Shown: in pieces, positions 1-10,867 of the stretch
Numbering within the stretch: the stretch's first letter is position 1
Layout: the number at the start of each line of letters is the position of its first letter
Source: Candidatus Omnitrophota bacterium
GTDB lineage: Bacteria; Omnitrophota; Omnitrophia; Omnitrophales; Aquincolibacteriaceae
Direction of reading: 5' to 3'
Assembly (NCBI GenBank): GCA_043821445.1
Contig: JBDRCT010000033.1
Span: forward strand, 5,391-69,390
Length of the DNA stretch: 64,000 nucleotides
Notes under the pieces: generated by a model
Told to the model about the DNA's origin: nothing
What the model saw: only the letters and a program-made list of their open reading frames with translations
Databases searched by the model: none
Position numbers and translations under genes: made by a program

Positions 1-180
1 CATCTCAGGCATAGCAATATCCAACAGAATAAGATCGGGCTGCCACATCTTTGCTTTTTCAAGAGCGCTTATGCCATCCGTTGCGATCTCGACAAGAAAT
101 CCGCGCGATGCGACACGGACCTTCAAGAGCGTCACCACCACAGGCTCATCATCCACAATCAGGATCTTTTTGGGCGCCAT
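1..180 (-). CDS. response regulator receiver protein (5' part; runs off window)
   Basis: Manual translation MAPKKILIVDDEPVVVTLLK...PDLILLDIAMPEM; SD AGGAGG upstream. Confidence 0.9.
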   Translation of the reverse strand, partial: MAPKKILIVDDEPVVVTLLKVRVASRGFLVEIATDGISALEKAKMWQPDLILLDIAMPEM

Positions 181-260
181 GATCCCTCCTTAATTAAAAA
201 ATAAATCGAAAATTGGGACATTTCAAATCGCCGTTCGGAAAAAGAAAATAAAACTCGGGC
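176..260. repeat. degenerate two-unit hairpin element (42-nt family)
   Basis: Similar to 26615-26698 and 57505-57588; GCCATGAT repeated at 176 and 261. Confidence 0.6.
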
Positions 261-327
261 GCCATGATTCTTTTCAAATCTTGTTCTAAAGCCCCTCCAG
301 TAGGTTTCGGAATCCTCCTCCATAAAC

Positions 328-1002
328 TTAAAGCCTATTTCCAGCCCTTCGGGGGGCTGCTTTATATGCTGAGGGACACAAATCTTGAATCTCACAATGC
401 CAACAATCCGGCCGCCGGGCAAAACAACGGACACGGCCATGATGAATGATCAGATGCGCATAGAGCGTCCAATCCTTTTCCGGCACTAACTCCATCAAAT
501 CGAATTCGATCCTCACGGGATCCACGTGGCGCGTCGCCCCCAACAAACGATTGATGCGGATCATATGCGTATCCACCGGGATCCCGGGGATCCCGAAAGC
601 GTTCCCCAAAATGACATTGGCCGTCTTCCGGCCCACTCCCGGGATCGTAATGAGATCTTCCATCCGGGCCGGTACTTCTCCGCCAAATTTTTCAAGGATC
701 GCCTTCGCGGCGCCAAGAATATTCCTGGTCTTGTTCCTGTAAAAGCCCGTGCTCCGAACCGCTTTCTCAACCACCCCAGGATCCGCGGCTGCAAAGGCAC
801 ACATGTTTGGATACTTTTTAAAAAGAGCCGGCGTTACCCGATTCACGAGCTTATCAGTGCACTGGGCGGAAAGAACCGCCGCCACCAGAAGCTCCCACGG
901 TGTCCGAAAATAAAGGGCGCACCGGGTATCCGGATAAGACTTACGCAACCGGAGAAATATCGTACGCACGCGCCTTTTTTTGTCCGCAAATGTCTCTTTC
1001 AT
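328..1002 (-). CDS. nth: endonuclease III
   Basis: LSAQCTD, HhH IPGVGRKTANV, C-terminal CxxxxxxCxxCxxxxxC 4Fe-4S motif. Confidence 0.95.
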   Translation of the reverse strand: MKETFADKKRRVRTIFLRLRKSYPDTRCALYFRTPWELLVAAVLSAQCTDKLVNRVTPALFKKYPNMCAFAAADPGVVEKAVRSTGFYRNKTRNILGAAKAILEKFGGEVPARMEDLITIPGVGRKTANVILGNAFGIPGIPVDTHMIRINRLLGATRHVDPVRIEFDLMELVPEKDWTLYAHLIIHHGRVRCFARRPDCWHCEIQDLCPSAYKAAPRRAGNRL

Positions 1003-1043
1003 GGATAATAATATACTACACACAAGCTTTAGTGTTGAAATCT

Positions 1044-1126
1044 ATCCTGACTTTTATTTTCTTTTTTAAAATGGTGGTCAGGATTGCCCCAATTTCCACG
1101 CGGTAGAAATTGAAGAGGATTGGGAC
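1044..1126. repeat. two 41-nt hairpin units (42-nt family)
   Basis: ATCCTGAC..GTCAGGAT (1044-1084) plus GCCCCAAT..ATTGGGAC (1086-1126). Confidence 0.85.
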
Positions 1127-1191
1127 TCAATGTCATCCGCATTGTCCTCTGTTTATATTTCAAGTATACTTCGCAAAGAGGAAGAATTTTT

Positions 1192-2229
1192 ATGGCAAAG
1201 ATGAAAGCTGTTGTTTTCAAAAAGCATGGTACGACGGCAGAACTTGAAGAAGCTTACGTGCCCATCCCGGAACTCGGGAAAAAGGACGTCCTGATCAAGG
1301 TCAGGGCTTGCGCGCTGAACCATTTGGATCTTTGGACGCTTGCGGGCATGCCCGGCATCAAGATCAGCATGCCGCATATTCTCGGTTGCGATATCGCGGG
1401 CGAAATCGTTGAAAAAGGCAAAAAGGCTCATGGGATCCCGCTTCATAAACCCGTGATCGTCGCGCCCGGCATTTCCTGTGGTAAATGCTCTTACTGCAAA
1501 TCGGGCTGGGACAGCCTTTGCGCCCATTATGAGATCGTCGGATTTCAGAACAATGGCGGGTTCGCGGAATATGTCAAGGTCCCTGCACGGAACATCATCC
1601 CTGTCGCCGGTAATCTTGGCCTGGAATCCTGGGCCGCGGTGCCGCTTGTGTTCTTAACGGCGTGGCATATTCTCGTGACACGGGCCGCTCTCCAGAAAAA
1701 AGAGACGGTGCTTGTTCAAGCCGGCGGAAGCGGGATCGGCAGTGCGGCGATTCAGATCGCAAAACTTCTGGGGGCACGGGTGATCACCACAGTGGGAAGC
1801 GAAGAAAAAGTCAAGCGGGCCAAAGCGCTCGGCGCGGATTCTGTTATCAATTATAAACTAAAAGATTTCCGGACCGAGGTCATGCGCCTGACCCAAAGTG
1901 AAGGCGTTGACGTTCTTTTCGAACATGTCGGAGGCCCCACATTCACCCAAAGCGTGTTGTGCCTCAAGAAAAAAGGCCGGATCGTCACCTGCGGAGCCAC
2001 CACCGGCCGCACCGTTAGTTTTGATCTGCGTTATCTTTTCACGCGCCAGCTTTCCGTCATGGGCTCTTACATGGGCGGCATTCCTGAGCTTCAACGCATC
2101 GTCCGACGCATTCAAGACGGTCGCTTGCGGCCTGTGATCGACCGGATATTCCCGTTGCGGGAAGCGCGCCAGGCCTTGAATCGCATGGCCTCCCGGGAGA
2201 ATTTCGGAAAAATTATTTTAAAACCTTAA
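1192..2229 (+). CDS. zinc-binding (MDR) dehydrogenase / quinone oxidoreductase-like
   Basis: PHILGCD, CGKCSYC zinc motif, AGGSGIG NAD(P) motif, C-terminal NFGKIIL. Confidence 0.9.
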   Translation: MAKMKAVVFKKHGTTAELEEAYVPIPELGKKDVLIKVRACALNHLDLWTLAGMPGIKISMPHILGCDIAGEIVEKGKKAHGIPLHKPVIVAPGISCGKCSYCKSGWDSLCAHYEIVGFQNNGGFAEYVKVPARNIIPVAGNLGLESWAAVPLVFLTAWHILVTRAALQKKETVLVQAGGSGIGSAAIQIAKLLGARVITTVGSEEKVKRAKALGADSVINYKLKDFRTEVMRLTQSEGVDVLFEHVGGPTFTQSVLCLKKKGRIVTCGATTGRTVSFDLRYLFTRQLSVMGSYMGGIPELQRIVRRIQDGRLRPVIDRIFPLREARQALNRMASRENFGKIILKP

Positions 2230-2235
2230 CAGCCG

Positions 2236-2298
2236 GATGGAGAATGACGGAGGACGGATGACGGAAACTTGACATCATCCGCCATCCTCGATCCACGA
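2236..2298. repeat. degenerate heptamer-repeat hairpin
   Basis: (T/G)GACGGA units followed by complementary TCATCCG/CCATCCT-like units. Confidence 0.5.
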
Positions 2299-2309
2299 CC
2301 CCTGCTCCC

Positions 2310-3203
2310 ATGAAACGCTCTAGACTTTATCTCTCTGGCATTCAATTGATGTCTCAAAGCGCGGTTTGTTTTTCCATCATGGCGCTTTGCGTCAAATATG
2401 CAAGCGTGTCACTTTCTCCGTTCCAGATCGTTTTTTTCCGGAGTTTTTTTGGTATGCTGATGGTGCTCCCCTTTATCTGGCGCAAAAAAGTACCGCTCTG
2501 GGGTAAAGAACGGTTCAAGTTGACGTCCCGCGGCGTCTGCGGCTTTGGTGCTCTGATCCTTCACTTTTACACCATCGCCAAACTTGATCTCGGGCTTGCA
2601 ATCATGCTCAATTACACGGCGCCCATCTTTACAGTACTCTTCTCTGTTTTCTTCTTGAAGGAGCGCCCGAGCCCCTCCCTTTGCTTTCTGATCCTTTTGT
2701 CTTTCGTCGGAGTGATCCTGCTGAATACCCGTTCCGGCACGGCGTGGAGCCCGGCAGTATGGCTAGCGCTACTCTCCTCGATCTTCGCCGCGCTCGCTTA
2801 TCTTTCGATCCGGACGATCCGGCAACGGGAGTCGCCCTACACCGTGATTTTTTATTTCACGCTAATCTCGACTGTGGGTTCGCTTTTTTTTCTGAAAGAA
2901 TGGAAGTGGCCGGACCTCGGGGCCTGGGGATTGATCGCCGGCGTAGTAATTTTTTCTTTCTTCGGGCAGGTCTGGATGACCACCTCTCTGAGACGCGCAC
3001 CCGCCTACCTGGTCACGCCATTCTCTTACCTTCATCCGGTGCTCTCGTTCGCGTATGGATGGTTGCTATGGGGGGATGCCATCACCTGGATCACTGCGGC
3101 TGGCATCTTCCTGATTGTGGGAAGTGGCTCGCTTATTTCCTACTTTGAAACAAAACGCGAAAAAAAACTCCCGGCATCCTTCGCGAGCGAATCCTGCCTC
3201 TAG
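2310..3203 (+). CDS. DMT/EamA family transporter
   Basis: About 10 TM segments, FFRS and FLKE motifs, two EamA repeats. Confidence 0.9.
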   Translation: MKRSRLYLSGIQLMSQSAVCFSIMALCVKYASVSLSPFQIVFFRSFFGMLMVLPFIWRKKVPLWGKERFKLTSRGVCGFGALILHFYTIAKLDLGLAIMLNYTAPIFTVLFSVFFLKERPSPSLCFLILLSFVGVILLNTRSGTAWSPAVWLALLSSIFAALAYLSIRTIRQRESPYTVIFYFTLISTVGSLFFLKEWKWPDLGAWGLIAGVVIFSFFGQVWMTTSLRRAPAYLVTPFSYLHPVLSFAYGWLLWGDAITWITAAGIFLIVGSGSLISYFETKREKKLPASFASESCL

Positions 3204-3302
3204 CACAGCTTCGAGATTGAAATTGTGAGCGGCACAATTTCAATCTGCTTTATGTGCTGTACCGTTCTCACCGAAAAAATTATAAATGAAACGGTATTAA
3301 GC

Positions 3303-4118
3303 TTACATCTTGGCGTCTTCGACATCCGTTATTTTGAATGCAATGAACATATAAACCAAATTGACCAGGATCATGACCCCGAACGGCAGTGGCAGCTTCC
3401 GAAGAGGCGTCATGATCTGAAACCATGTCAGGGTGAAGGACACGGTCGTAGCAAAACACGTGAGAGAAAGAATAGCTCCGTAACGAAGTTTTTGCTTCCT
3501 CATTATGTTGAACAAAAGCCCGACAAGCGAATAAAGGAGGTCCGCGATCATGATGAAAAAGAAGAACAGGGCGATCATCACGGGCGGAACGATCACAAGC
3601 ATCGTGCTTTTGATAACTCTAAAGAGACCTCCCACGACTTCGCCGGTGATCCGGACCTTGGGCGGCAGTTGTTTCTCTGTCTGGATCCCCGCCTTGGTAA
3701 TATCCCGCTCTTCGATCTGCCCCGGTGCCCGTTTCACAAAAACTTTTGTCGATGTCACAAACAAGGGAGCCTTGTCCATATCCGCTTCACTCGCGGATGT
3801 TTTGGTCATATCAAAGGCAACGACTGGGCCGTACCGGGGATGGGACAAAAGGGCGGTCGTCTGACCATTCTCCAGAGAAATTCCCTCGGGCGTCCAGATT
3901 ACGACCGGCATGGTCTCCTGAGCCCAGGAAACAAATTCATTTGCGACGGGCAACATCCTGCCGAGCATCAAAACCGCGGTCAATACGCCGGCGATCACCG
4001 AAAGATAAAAAACATAAAGCACTCCCTTCCAAGCGGATCTCTTTGCGGCATCATGAAAAACGCGCGGATGGAAAAGCGCGGTAACGGGAGCGAGCCAAAA
4101 AGAGAGGATGTTATTCAT
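3303..4118 (-). CDS. membrane protein, DUF1189-like
   Basis: N-terminal TM, soluble loop, three to four C-terminal TMs; overlaps greA stop. Confidence 0.6.
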   Translation of the reverse strand: MNNILSFWLAPVTALFHPRVFHDAAKRSAWKGVLYVFYLSVIAGVLTAVLMLGRMLPVANEFVSWAQETMPVVIWTPEGISLENGQTTALLSHPRYGPVVAFDMTKTSASEADMDKAPLFVTSTKVFVKRAPGQIEERDITKAGIQTEKQLPPKVRITGEVVGGLFRVIKSTMLVIVPPVMIALFFFFIMIADLLYSLVGLLFNIMRKQKLRYGAILSLTCFATTVSFTLTWFQIMTPLRKLPLPFGVMILVNLVYMFIAFKITDVEDAKM

Positions 4119-4587
4119 AGTGGATCTCCATGATTTTGAGTTTGATCTTCCCTGCCGGAACTTGAATAATGGTTTCTTCGTTTAAAGATTTTCCCAGTAT
4201 GCCGCGGCCGATCGGCGAGCTCACCGAGATCTTCCCTTCGTCAAAATTCGCTTCATCCTGAGAAACAAGCGTGTAATCAAAAATATCGCCGCTGTCGAGA
4301 TTCTTCACTTTGACTTTAGCGCTCAAATAAGCTTTGTCCTGGGCGATATCCCCTTTATCGAGAATGCGCGCATTCGCGAGACGCGCCTCCAACTGACCGA
4401 TCCGGATCTCCAACTGGTGCTTGGCTTCTTTGGCGGTCTCCCAATCGGCATTTTCGCTGAGATCGCCATGCGCGCGGGCCTTTTCAAGCTGGTCGGCAAC
4501 TTCGCGACGCTTCTTAGTCTTAAGAAAATTCAACTCCTCATAAAGCTTGTCATAGCCTTGCTGCGTCAAGATCACTTTATCCGGCAT
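4111..4587 (-). CDS. greA: transcription elongation factor GreA
   Basis: ARAHGDLSENA and KISVSSPIG motifs. Confidence 0.95.
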   Translation of the reverse strand: MPDKVILTQQGYDKLYEELNFLKTKKRREVADQLEKARAHGDLSENADWETAKEAKHQLEIRIGQLEARLANARILDKGDIAQDKAYLSAKVKVKNLDSGDIFDYTLVSQDEANFDEGKISVSSPIGRGILGKSLNEETIIQVPAGKIKLKIMEIHYE

Positions 4588-4670
4588 ATATAAAATCCTT
4601 TGACGATTTGATTTAATCCGCCAAAGAACCCGGCGGATCAAATTCGCACCTGTAACTTACGTGCCGTAAG

Positions 4671-5756
4671 CTACGTGCTCATTTGATAAGAACTATCCAC
4701 TAAGCAGGGGTCAAACCCTGCATCCGCGGCACATCGGATAAGGTCGTCGGGATTTAACCCTTCGGGAGCATGGCTCCCCGCTTCATGCATGACCTTCTCA
4801 TGAAGATTCGTCCCGCCCATATCATCCGTGCCGAACGAAAGTGCGACTTGAACGAACTTCAAATCCGTCGCCGACCCGTGGACCTTGACGTGGGGGATAT
4901 TATCCAGAAGAAGTCTCGAAATAGAAAGTACTTTTAGGTCTAAAAAACCACTCTCCCGTTCCACGCCTCGGAGCACGTTATTCCCGGAATGATAGGCGAG
5001 CGGCACAAATGCGTAAAATCCTTGCGTTTCATCCTGAAGCTCGCGCAGCTTCAAAAGATGCGACACACGCTGCTCGTCGGTCTCGATGTGCCCGTAAAGC
5101 ATCGTAGCGTTGGTTTTGATCCCCGCTTTATGTGCGATCCGGTGAATCTCGATCCATTTTTCTCCCGATATCTTTTGGGGACAAATTTTAGCCCGCACCT
5201 CGGGATCAAAGATCTCGGCTCCCCCTCCCGGCATCCCGTCTAACCCGGCCGCTTTTAAGCGGCACAGGACCTCGGCCCAGGGAAACCCCGACTGATTGGC
5301 CATAAAATCGATCTCGGAAGCGCTGAACGCTTTAATAAAAATCTCTTTCGATATCCGTCGTATACACCGTATCATCTCCAAATAATAGTCGAACTCAAGC
5401 GCAGGATTATGACCACCCACGATATGGACTTCGTTGATCCGCCGCCGATCGACCGCATCCCGGACTTTTTGTTCGATTGCATCAAGTGTCAGCGTGTAGG
5501 CGCCGGGCGCATCCACATCGCGAGAAAAGGCGCAGAATTCGCAACGAGTCGAGCAAACGTTTGTGGGATTAAGGTGAAGGTTCCGGGCATAAAAAGCATG
5601 CCGGCCATGCATCCGTTCGCGGACCTGATGTGCCATCCGGCCGATCGCAAGAATATCCGTGCTCTTAAAAAGCTGCACGCCATCTTCGAAAGAAAGCCTT
5701 TCCTGATTCTGAACCTTCTGAAAGACATCCTTGATGGGATTTGAAGACCGCTCCAT
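4671..5756 (-). CDS. mqnE: CofH/MqnE-family radical SAM protein (aminofutalosine synthase-like)
   Basis: NPTNVCxxxCxFCAF, PGGGAEIF, NATMLYGHIE. Confidence 0.75.
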   Translation of the reverse strand: MERSSNPIKDVFQKVQNQERLSFEDGVQLFKSTDILAIGRMAHQVRERMHGRHAFYARNLHLNPTNVCSTRCEFCAFSRDVDAPGAYTLTLDAIEQKVRDAVDRRRINEVHIVGGHNPALEFDYYLEMIRCIRRISKEIFIKAFSASEIDFMANQSGFPWAEVLCRLKAAGLDGMPGGGAEIFDPEVRAKICPQKISGEKWIEIHRIAHKAGIKTNATMLYGHIETDEQRVSHLLKLRELQDETQGFYAFVPLAYHSGNNVLRGVERESGFLDLKVLSISRLLLDNIPHVKVHGSATDLKFVQVALSFGTDDMGGTNLHEKVMHEAGSHAPEGLNPDDLIRCAADAGFDPCLVDSSYQMST

Positions 5757-5765
5757 GGGAAATGT

Positions 5766-6854
5766 TTAAGTTTTGCGGTTCGTGCTTTGCGTTCTGCGCT
5801 TTTCAATTTCTTTGAAAAGTTCGTCGACAAGCTTATCCTCATCGACCACGCGTTCCTGCTTGCCCTCCACGTAGATCATGCCTTTTTTCTGGCCGCCCGT
5901 GATCGCAAAATCCGCCTCTTGCGCCTCACCGGGGCCGTTCACCGCGCATCCCATCACGGCAATGGTAAGAGGTCCCGCAAGCTTCATCGCGCGCGCCTCC
6001 ACTTCCTGAGCGAGTTTGGCGGTATCGATCTCGGTGCGCCCACAAGTCGGACAAGAGATCACTCGCACCCCTTGACGAAGGTTTAAAGATTCAAGGATCA
6101 TCTTTGCGACTTTGACTTCTTCGACAGGATCCGCAGTAAGCGACACGCGGATCGTATCCCCGAGCCCTTCCTGGAGAAGCGTCCCGATCCCGATCGCGTT
6201 ATAAACACTGCCACGGATGAGCGTCCCAGCCTCGGTAACGCCAAGATGCAAGGGATAATTGAACTTCTGGCTTGCCAAGCGATACGCCTCGATCAAAGTC
6301 GGCACATCCGTGGTTTTAAGCGAGATCACGGTATCATGGAAATCCATCGCCTCCAGGATTGCCACATGCCGAAGCGCACTTTCGACCAAAGCCTCGGGGG
6401 TAGGCCCGTATTTTTCCATCAGATCTTTCTCAAGCGACCCGGAGTTCACCCCGATGCGGATCGGAATGTGACACCGCTTGGCTTTTTTCACGACTTCGGC
6501 CACGTGGTCTTTGTCGCCGATATTACCGGGATTCAGGCGCAATTTGTCCACACCTTCGTCGATCGCCATCAAAGCAAAACGATAATTAAAATGAATATCC
6601 GCCACAAGCGGGATCTTGATCCTGGACTTGATCTTCCCGAGGGCCTTGACATCCTCTTCGCCAGGACAGGCGACACGCACAATCTCACAGCCAGACTCGA
6701 CCAGACGGTCGATCTGCTCAAGCGTTGCTTGTACGTTACGCGTCGGGACCTTGGTCATGGACTGGATACGGATCGGCTGGCCGTCACCGAGAATAAGATC
6801 GCCAACTTTGACGGCTCTTGTGCTTTTTCTTTGGATCGTACTTGGCTTTTTCAT
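5766..6854 (-). CDS. ispG: HMBPP synthase
   Basis: [35 protein letters not shown]. Confidence 0.97.
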   Translation of the reverse strand: MKKPSTIQRKSTRAVKVGDLILGDGQPIRIQSMTKVPTRNVQATLEQIDRLVESGCEIVRVACPGEEDVKALGKIKSRIKIPLVADIHFNYRFALMAIDEGVDKLRLNPGNIGDKDHVAEVVKKAKRCHIPIRIGVNSGSLEKDLMEKYGPTPEALVESALRHVAILEAMDFHDTVISLKTTDVPTLIEAYRLASQKFNYPLHLGVTEAGTLIRGSVYNAIGIGTLLQEGLGDTIRVSLTADPVEEVKVAKMILESLNLRQGVRVISCPTCGRTEIDTAKLAQEVEARAMKLAGPLTIAVMGCAVNGPGEAQEADFAITGGQKKGMIYVEGKQERVVDEDKLVDELFKEIEKRRTQSTNRKT

Positions 6855-8254
6855 TTTTTCTTAGAAACCCGTTCCGTTTCTCCCGCCTTGCCCAACGGGT
6901 GCGGCTCGCCGCTTCGCAGGCGGCCTGTTTCCGTTAAACACTGCGAAAGATTCATAGCGCAAAATCCTTCCCCGCACATCGAACAATATTCCGCATGCCG
7001 CGCTTTCCCTTCCGGAAGGCCTTCATCATGCATTTTCTTCGCATTCTCCGGATCAAGCGACAGGGCATATTGCTTTTCCCAATCGAAATCAAATCGAGCC
7101 TTCGCGAGCATGTCATCTCTCTCCCGAACACCCGGCCGGTGGCGCGCAACATCCGCAGCGTGCGCTGCGATCTTATAAGCAATCACACCCTGCTTCACGT
7201 CATCGAGATTCGGAAGTCTCAGATGTTCGCACGGCGTCACGTAACAAAGCATGGCCGCGCCCGCTTGAGCGGCGATCGCCGCACCGATCGCGGAGGTAAT
7301 ATGGTCATACCCAGGCGCGATATCCGTTACAAGCGGCCCTAACACATAAAAAGGTGCGCCGTGGCAAACTTTGATCTGACGCTCAATGTTCATGGGGATC
7401 TGGTCCATCGGCACGTGGCCCGGACCTTCCACCATCACCTGCACGTCCTGCTCCCAGGCCCGTAAGGTCAAAGCCCCGAGCGCATCCAATTCCGCGAACT
7501 GTGCCGCGTCACTCGCATCGGCGAGACACCCCGGACGCATCCCGTCCCCGAGACTGATCGTCACGTCATATTTTTTACAGATCTCAAGTAACCGGGCGAA
7601 GTGCGTAAAAAGAAAATTCTGTTTTTGATGAGCTTTGCACCAGCGCGCGAGGATCGCCCCGCCACGGCTCACCACGCCCGTCACCCGGCTCTCGATGAGG
7701 GGTAGATGTTCCAATAACACTCCTGCGTGAATCGTCATAAAATCCACGCCCTGCCGGGCTTGATGTTCGATCACTTCGAACATGATCTCCGGCGTCAATG
7801 CCTCCGGTTTGCCATTCGCCCGTTCGAGCGCTTCGTAAATCGGCACGGTTCCCACCGGCACCGTGGTCTCACGGAGGATCGCCTCACGCGTTTCATCCAG
7901 CTGTTTTCCAGTCGAAAGATCCATCACGGTATCTGCTCCGAATTTGACCGCGAGCTTCACCTTCTCCACTTCCGTCTGAATGTCCGAACCCAACGAGGAA
8001 TTCCCGAGATTCGCGTTGATCTTGCAGCGAACACCTATTCCGATCCCCACCGGCCGCAGGTCCCGGTGATTTATATTCGCACAAATCACAAGCCGTCCGG
8101 CCGCCACCTCCTCCCGAATAAGCTCCGATGAGAGCCCTTCCTCGACCGCCACGTGGTTCATTTCTTCCGTCACGATCCCCCGGCGAGCGTAGTGCATCTG
8201 AGAACGGTTTGCATCTTTTTCTCTTTTTATCACCCAGGGATCCCGAAAAGCCAT
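6851..8254 (-). CDS. thiC: phosphomethylpyrimidine synthase
   Basis: MDLSTG, SRGG, EGPGH, YDHI, CSMCG. Confidence 0.97.
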   Translation of the reverse strand: MAFRDPWVIKREKDANRSQMHYARRGIVTEEMNHVAVEEGLSSELIREEVAAGRLVICANINHRDLRPVGIGIGVRCKINANLGNSSLGSDIQTEVEKVKLAVKFGADTVMDLSTGKQLDETREAILRETTVPVGTVPIYEALERANGKPEALTPEIMFEVIEHQARQGVDFMTIHAGVLLEHLPLIESRVTGVVSRGGAILARWCKAHQKQNFLFTHFARLLEICKKYDVTISLGDGMRPGCLADASDAAQFAELDALGALTLRAWEQDVQVMVEGPGHVPMDQIPMNIERQIKVCHGAPFYVLGPLVTDIAPGYDHITSAIGAAIAAQAGAAMLCYVTPCEHLRLPNLDDVKQGVIAYKIAAHAADVARHRPGVRERDDMLAKARFDFDWEKQYALSLDPENAKKMHDEGLPEGKARHAEYCSMCGEGFCAMNLSQCLTETGRLRSGEPHPLGKAGETERVSKKK

Positions 8255-8280
8255 TTGCCCCTTTCAGATCAGATCAATGC

Positions 8281-9435
8281 TCAATGAAATGCCGTTTCAA
8301 CAACATGGTGGTTCTCGCACCACCACACATCCAATTCCTTGGGAAAATACTTCATCGGCTTTTTTTTAAGCTCGCGAATTGTCACCAGGGCCCGGTAGGG
8401 CCACTTCCCGATACGCCCCTGTATGCGCTGCGCCAAGATCTCAAGCTCCGTCGAAGCGCTAGCACGGACCATTGTGTAAAGTGAGTACGGAAACTCCTTG
8501 AAGACCGGCCGCCGGTCCGCATAAAGCACTTCGCTAAATCCTGCGATCTCGGATCCTACCCGTTCGAGTTTTTCTTCTGGAATCTGCCAAACCACCAAGG
8601 TCCTCGTACCCGAAAGAAAGACCTCGGGTTTTAGAAAGCTTCCGATCCGTTTGAGATATCCTTTTTTCGCTAGCGCCTTTATCCGCTCCAGTGCTTGATC
8701 CTCTGAAATCTCGAGATCCGTAGCAATCTGCCGGTAAGGCGCGTCCGTAAGCGGAAACGGCTCCTGCAATCGCCGGATCATCTCGATCTCTTCCGCTGAA
8801 GGCCAGTCCTTCAGCGCGGCTCCAGTGGGAGCTTGATGCCCCTGTCCGATCCGTACCGTAAAATCTGGAGATCCTACGGCGTGCCGCCTCTCAAAGTGCT
8901 CATCCATGGCCGGAAATGTTTCCGCATCCAAAGAACTCAAAAGATCGGATCCCTTGAACACCTTGCGCACGGGCAGGAATAAGGTCCTCTGAATGCCCGC
9001 AAGTTTTTCAAGACATCTGACATGCAGTTCTAGATCATGACCCGCCGGAACTGTGATAAAAAACCAGAGATTGAACTCATGTTCGCGTTCGCAGCCATAG
9101 ACCACACCCGGATGCCGCCCAAAAACCTCCGCGCAGGATTCGAGTTCTTCAGAGCCGAGCTGCGCCGAAGGCCCATCCTCCGGCGCAGCTTCGCCGGGAG
9201 CTTGACGCTCCGGCCCGGCCCGTACCGCAATCCAGGCGCTTTGATAGTGGAATGCGCGCGGGTTCAGGATGGCCTTAATCCCTGCAAAAATCCCCTCCTG
9301 TTTAAGACGCTGGATACGAACCAGTAGTTCTGCGCTGTCCGTATCGATCTTCGCGGATAAAACATCGAAGGGCCGCAGAGTCAGCGAGAGCCCGTTCTGG
9401 AGATAAGTCAAGAGAAGACGATCTTTTTCATCCAT
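8281..9435 (-). CDS. AsnC/Lrp-like tandem protein, AhbA/AhbB (NirDL) fold fusion
   Basis: Two HTH+ACT-like halves (LLTYLQNGLSLTLRPF; LQEPFPLTDAPY; FPYSLYTMV). Confidence 0.7.
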   Translation of the reverse strand: MDEKDRLLLTYLQNGLSLTLRPFDVLSAKIDTDSAELLVRIQRLKQEGIFAGIKAILNPRAFHYQSAWIAVRAGPERQAPGEAAPEDGPSAQLGSEELESCAEVFGRHPGVVYGCEREHEFNLWFFITVPAGHDLELHVRCLEKLAGIQRTLFLPVRKVFKGSDLLSSLDAETFPAMDEHFERRHAVGSPDFTVRIGQGHQAPTGAALKDWPSAEEIEMIRRLQEPFPLTDAPYRQIATDLEISEDQALERIKALAKKGYLKRIGSFLKPEVFLSGTRTLVVWQIPEEKLERVGSEIAGFSEVLYADRRPVFKEFPYSLYTMVRASASTELEILAQRIQGRIGKWPYRALVTIRELKKKPMKYFPKELDVWWCENHHVVETAFH

Positions 9436-9567
9436 AGGAGCTATTGTTCGGGACCTCCGGAAGGTTCGCTCAACACCTGGAAGCATGATAACCGAGGGAG
9501 CGTGATTTGTCCATCAACGCAAGTCGCACTCAACGGGAGTAGAAGTCAGAAGATCTCTGAGGAAAAA

Positions 9568-9876
9568 CTAGAGCGCCAGGGCTGCGTATTTGGCGTAAGG
9601 AGCGCTGCCGCGGGCGACATCCACCACCCCGCCCACCACTCCCGTCACGGTCTGAACGGTCCCGCGAACCGCTCCGGTCACGAGCCCGAGAGGAAACATT
9701 ATGCGCCCGGAATCCTGAAACATGGCTTTAGGAATAGCGAACACACTTCCCACGATCTTGCCAACTCCACGCGTGGCGTAGGCAATGTCCTCACCCGTTC
9801 CGGCATAGACAGGAAAAGACGCGAGCAACACGCCAAAAATCAGTAAGAGAGCCGAGAAGGTTTTGAGTTTTTTCAT
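9568..9876 (-). CDS. small exported/membrane hypothetical protein
   Basis: Signal peptide (VYA), glycine-rich amphipathic remainder. Confidence 0.65.
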   Translation of the reverse strand: MKKLKTFSALLLIFGVLLASFPVYAGTGEDIAYATRGVGKIVGSVFAIPKAMFQDSGRIMFPLGLVTGAVRGTVQTVTGVVGGVVDVARGSAPYAKYAALAL

Positions 9877-9949
9877 CGTCGGATACCTTCTTCTACTATC
9901 GGCATTAAAGATTTGAACTTTCGTGGATTTTGGTTATGATAACGCACCT

Positions 9950-10867
9950 ATGAAGAATATCCTCGTGACGGGCGGTTCCGGTTTTATTGGCTCGAACATC
10001 GTTCTTGAACTCCAATCTCGCCTCCCTGAAGCCAACATTACGGTCCTAGAGGACTTCCGCAGCTCCTGTTTTAAGAACCTCCTCGGCTTTAAGGGCGACC
10101 TGCTGGCTTACGACTGTTCGGACAAGGCCTGGATGAACTGGGCCAAGGGCAAAAAGCTTGACATAATTTACCATATGGCCGCCATCACGGACACGACTAT
10201 CCTCGATGAGCAAAAGATGATGTTTGATAATGTTGAAGGCTTTCGTAATGTCCTCGACCTTGCTGTCGAGAAGAAAGCCTCCGTGGTCTACGCCTCCTCC
10301 GCCGCAACCTATGGCTCGATCGACCGGCCCATCAAAGAATCTGACGCGGGTCACCCTAACAATATTTATGGCTACTCCAAATGGACCATGGACCAGCTTG
10401 CTCCCTCCTATTATGGCAAGACCAAAGTGGTCGGACTGCGGTTCTTCAACGTCTTCGGCCCCCGGGAATATTACAAGGGACATGCTGCCAGCATGATCTA
10501 CCAACTCGCGCTCAAAATGATGGAGGGCCACCGTCCCCGCATTTTTAAATGGGGTGAACAAAAGCGTGATCATATCTATGTCAAAGATGTCGTCACCGCC
10601 ACGCTTATGGCGCACAAGGCCAAGGCGTCCACCGTCATGAACCTCGGCACCGGCCAAGCAACTTCCTTCAATGAGATCGTAGACGCGCTCAATGAAGCGC
10701 TCGGAACAAATCACAAGCCCGATTACTTCGACAATCCCTACAGTTTTTACCAGAACTTCACGCAGGCGGACATGGGCCATCATGAAAAAATGACGGGCTT
10801 CCGCTGCCGCTACACCACTCGCGAAGGCATCCTCGATTACGTCCGGAACTACCTCCTTAAAAAATAA
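9950..10867 (+). CDS. hldD: ADP-L-glycero-D-manno-heptose 6-epimerase
   Basis: TGGSGFIG, YASSAATYG, YGYSK, RFFNVFGPREYYKG, YQNFTQAD. Confidence 0.9.
   Translation: MKNILVTGGSGFIGSNIVLELQSRLPEANITVLEDFRSSCFKNLLGFKGDLLAYDCSDKAWMNWAKGKKLDIIYHMAAITDTTILDEQKMMFDNVEGFRNVLDLAVEKKASVVYASSAATYGSIDRPIKESDAGHPNNIYGYSKWTMDQLAPSYYGKTKVVGLRFFNVFGPREYYKGHAASMIYQLALKMMEGHRPRIFKWGEQKRDHIYVKDVVTATLMAHKAKASTVMNLGTGQATSFNEIVDALNEALGTNHKPDYFDNPYSFYQNFTQADMGHHEKMTGFRCRYTTREGILDYVRNYLLKK

Noticed and set aside
1044-1126. 41-nt hairpins as integron attC sites
   Set aside because: They are shorter than typical attC sites, RYYYAAC/GTTRRRY is not conserved, no integrase is present, and copies lie in core genes.
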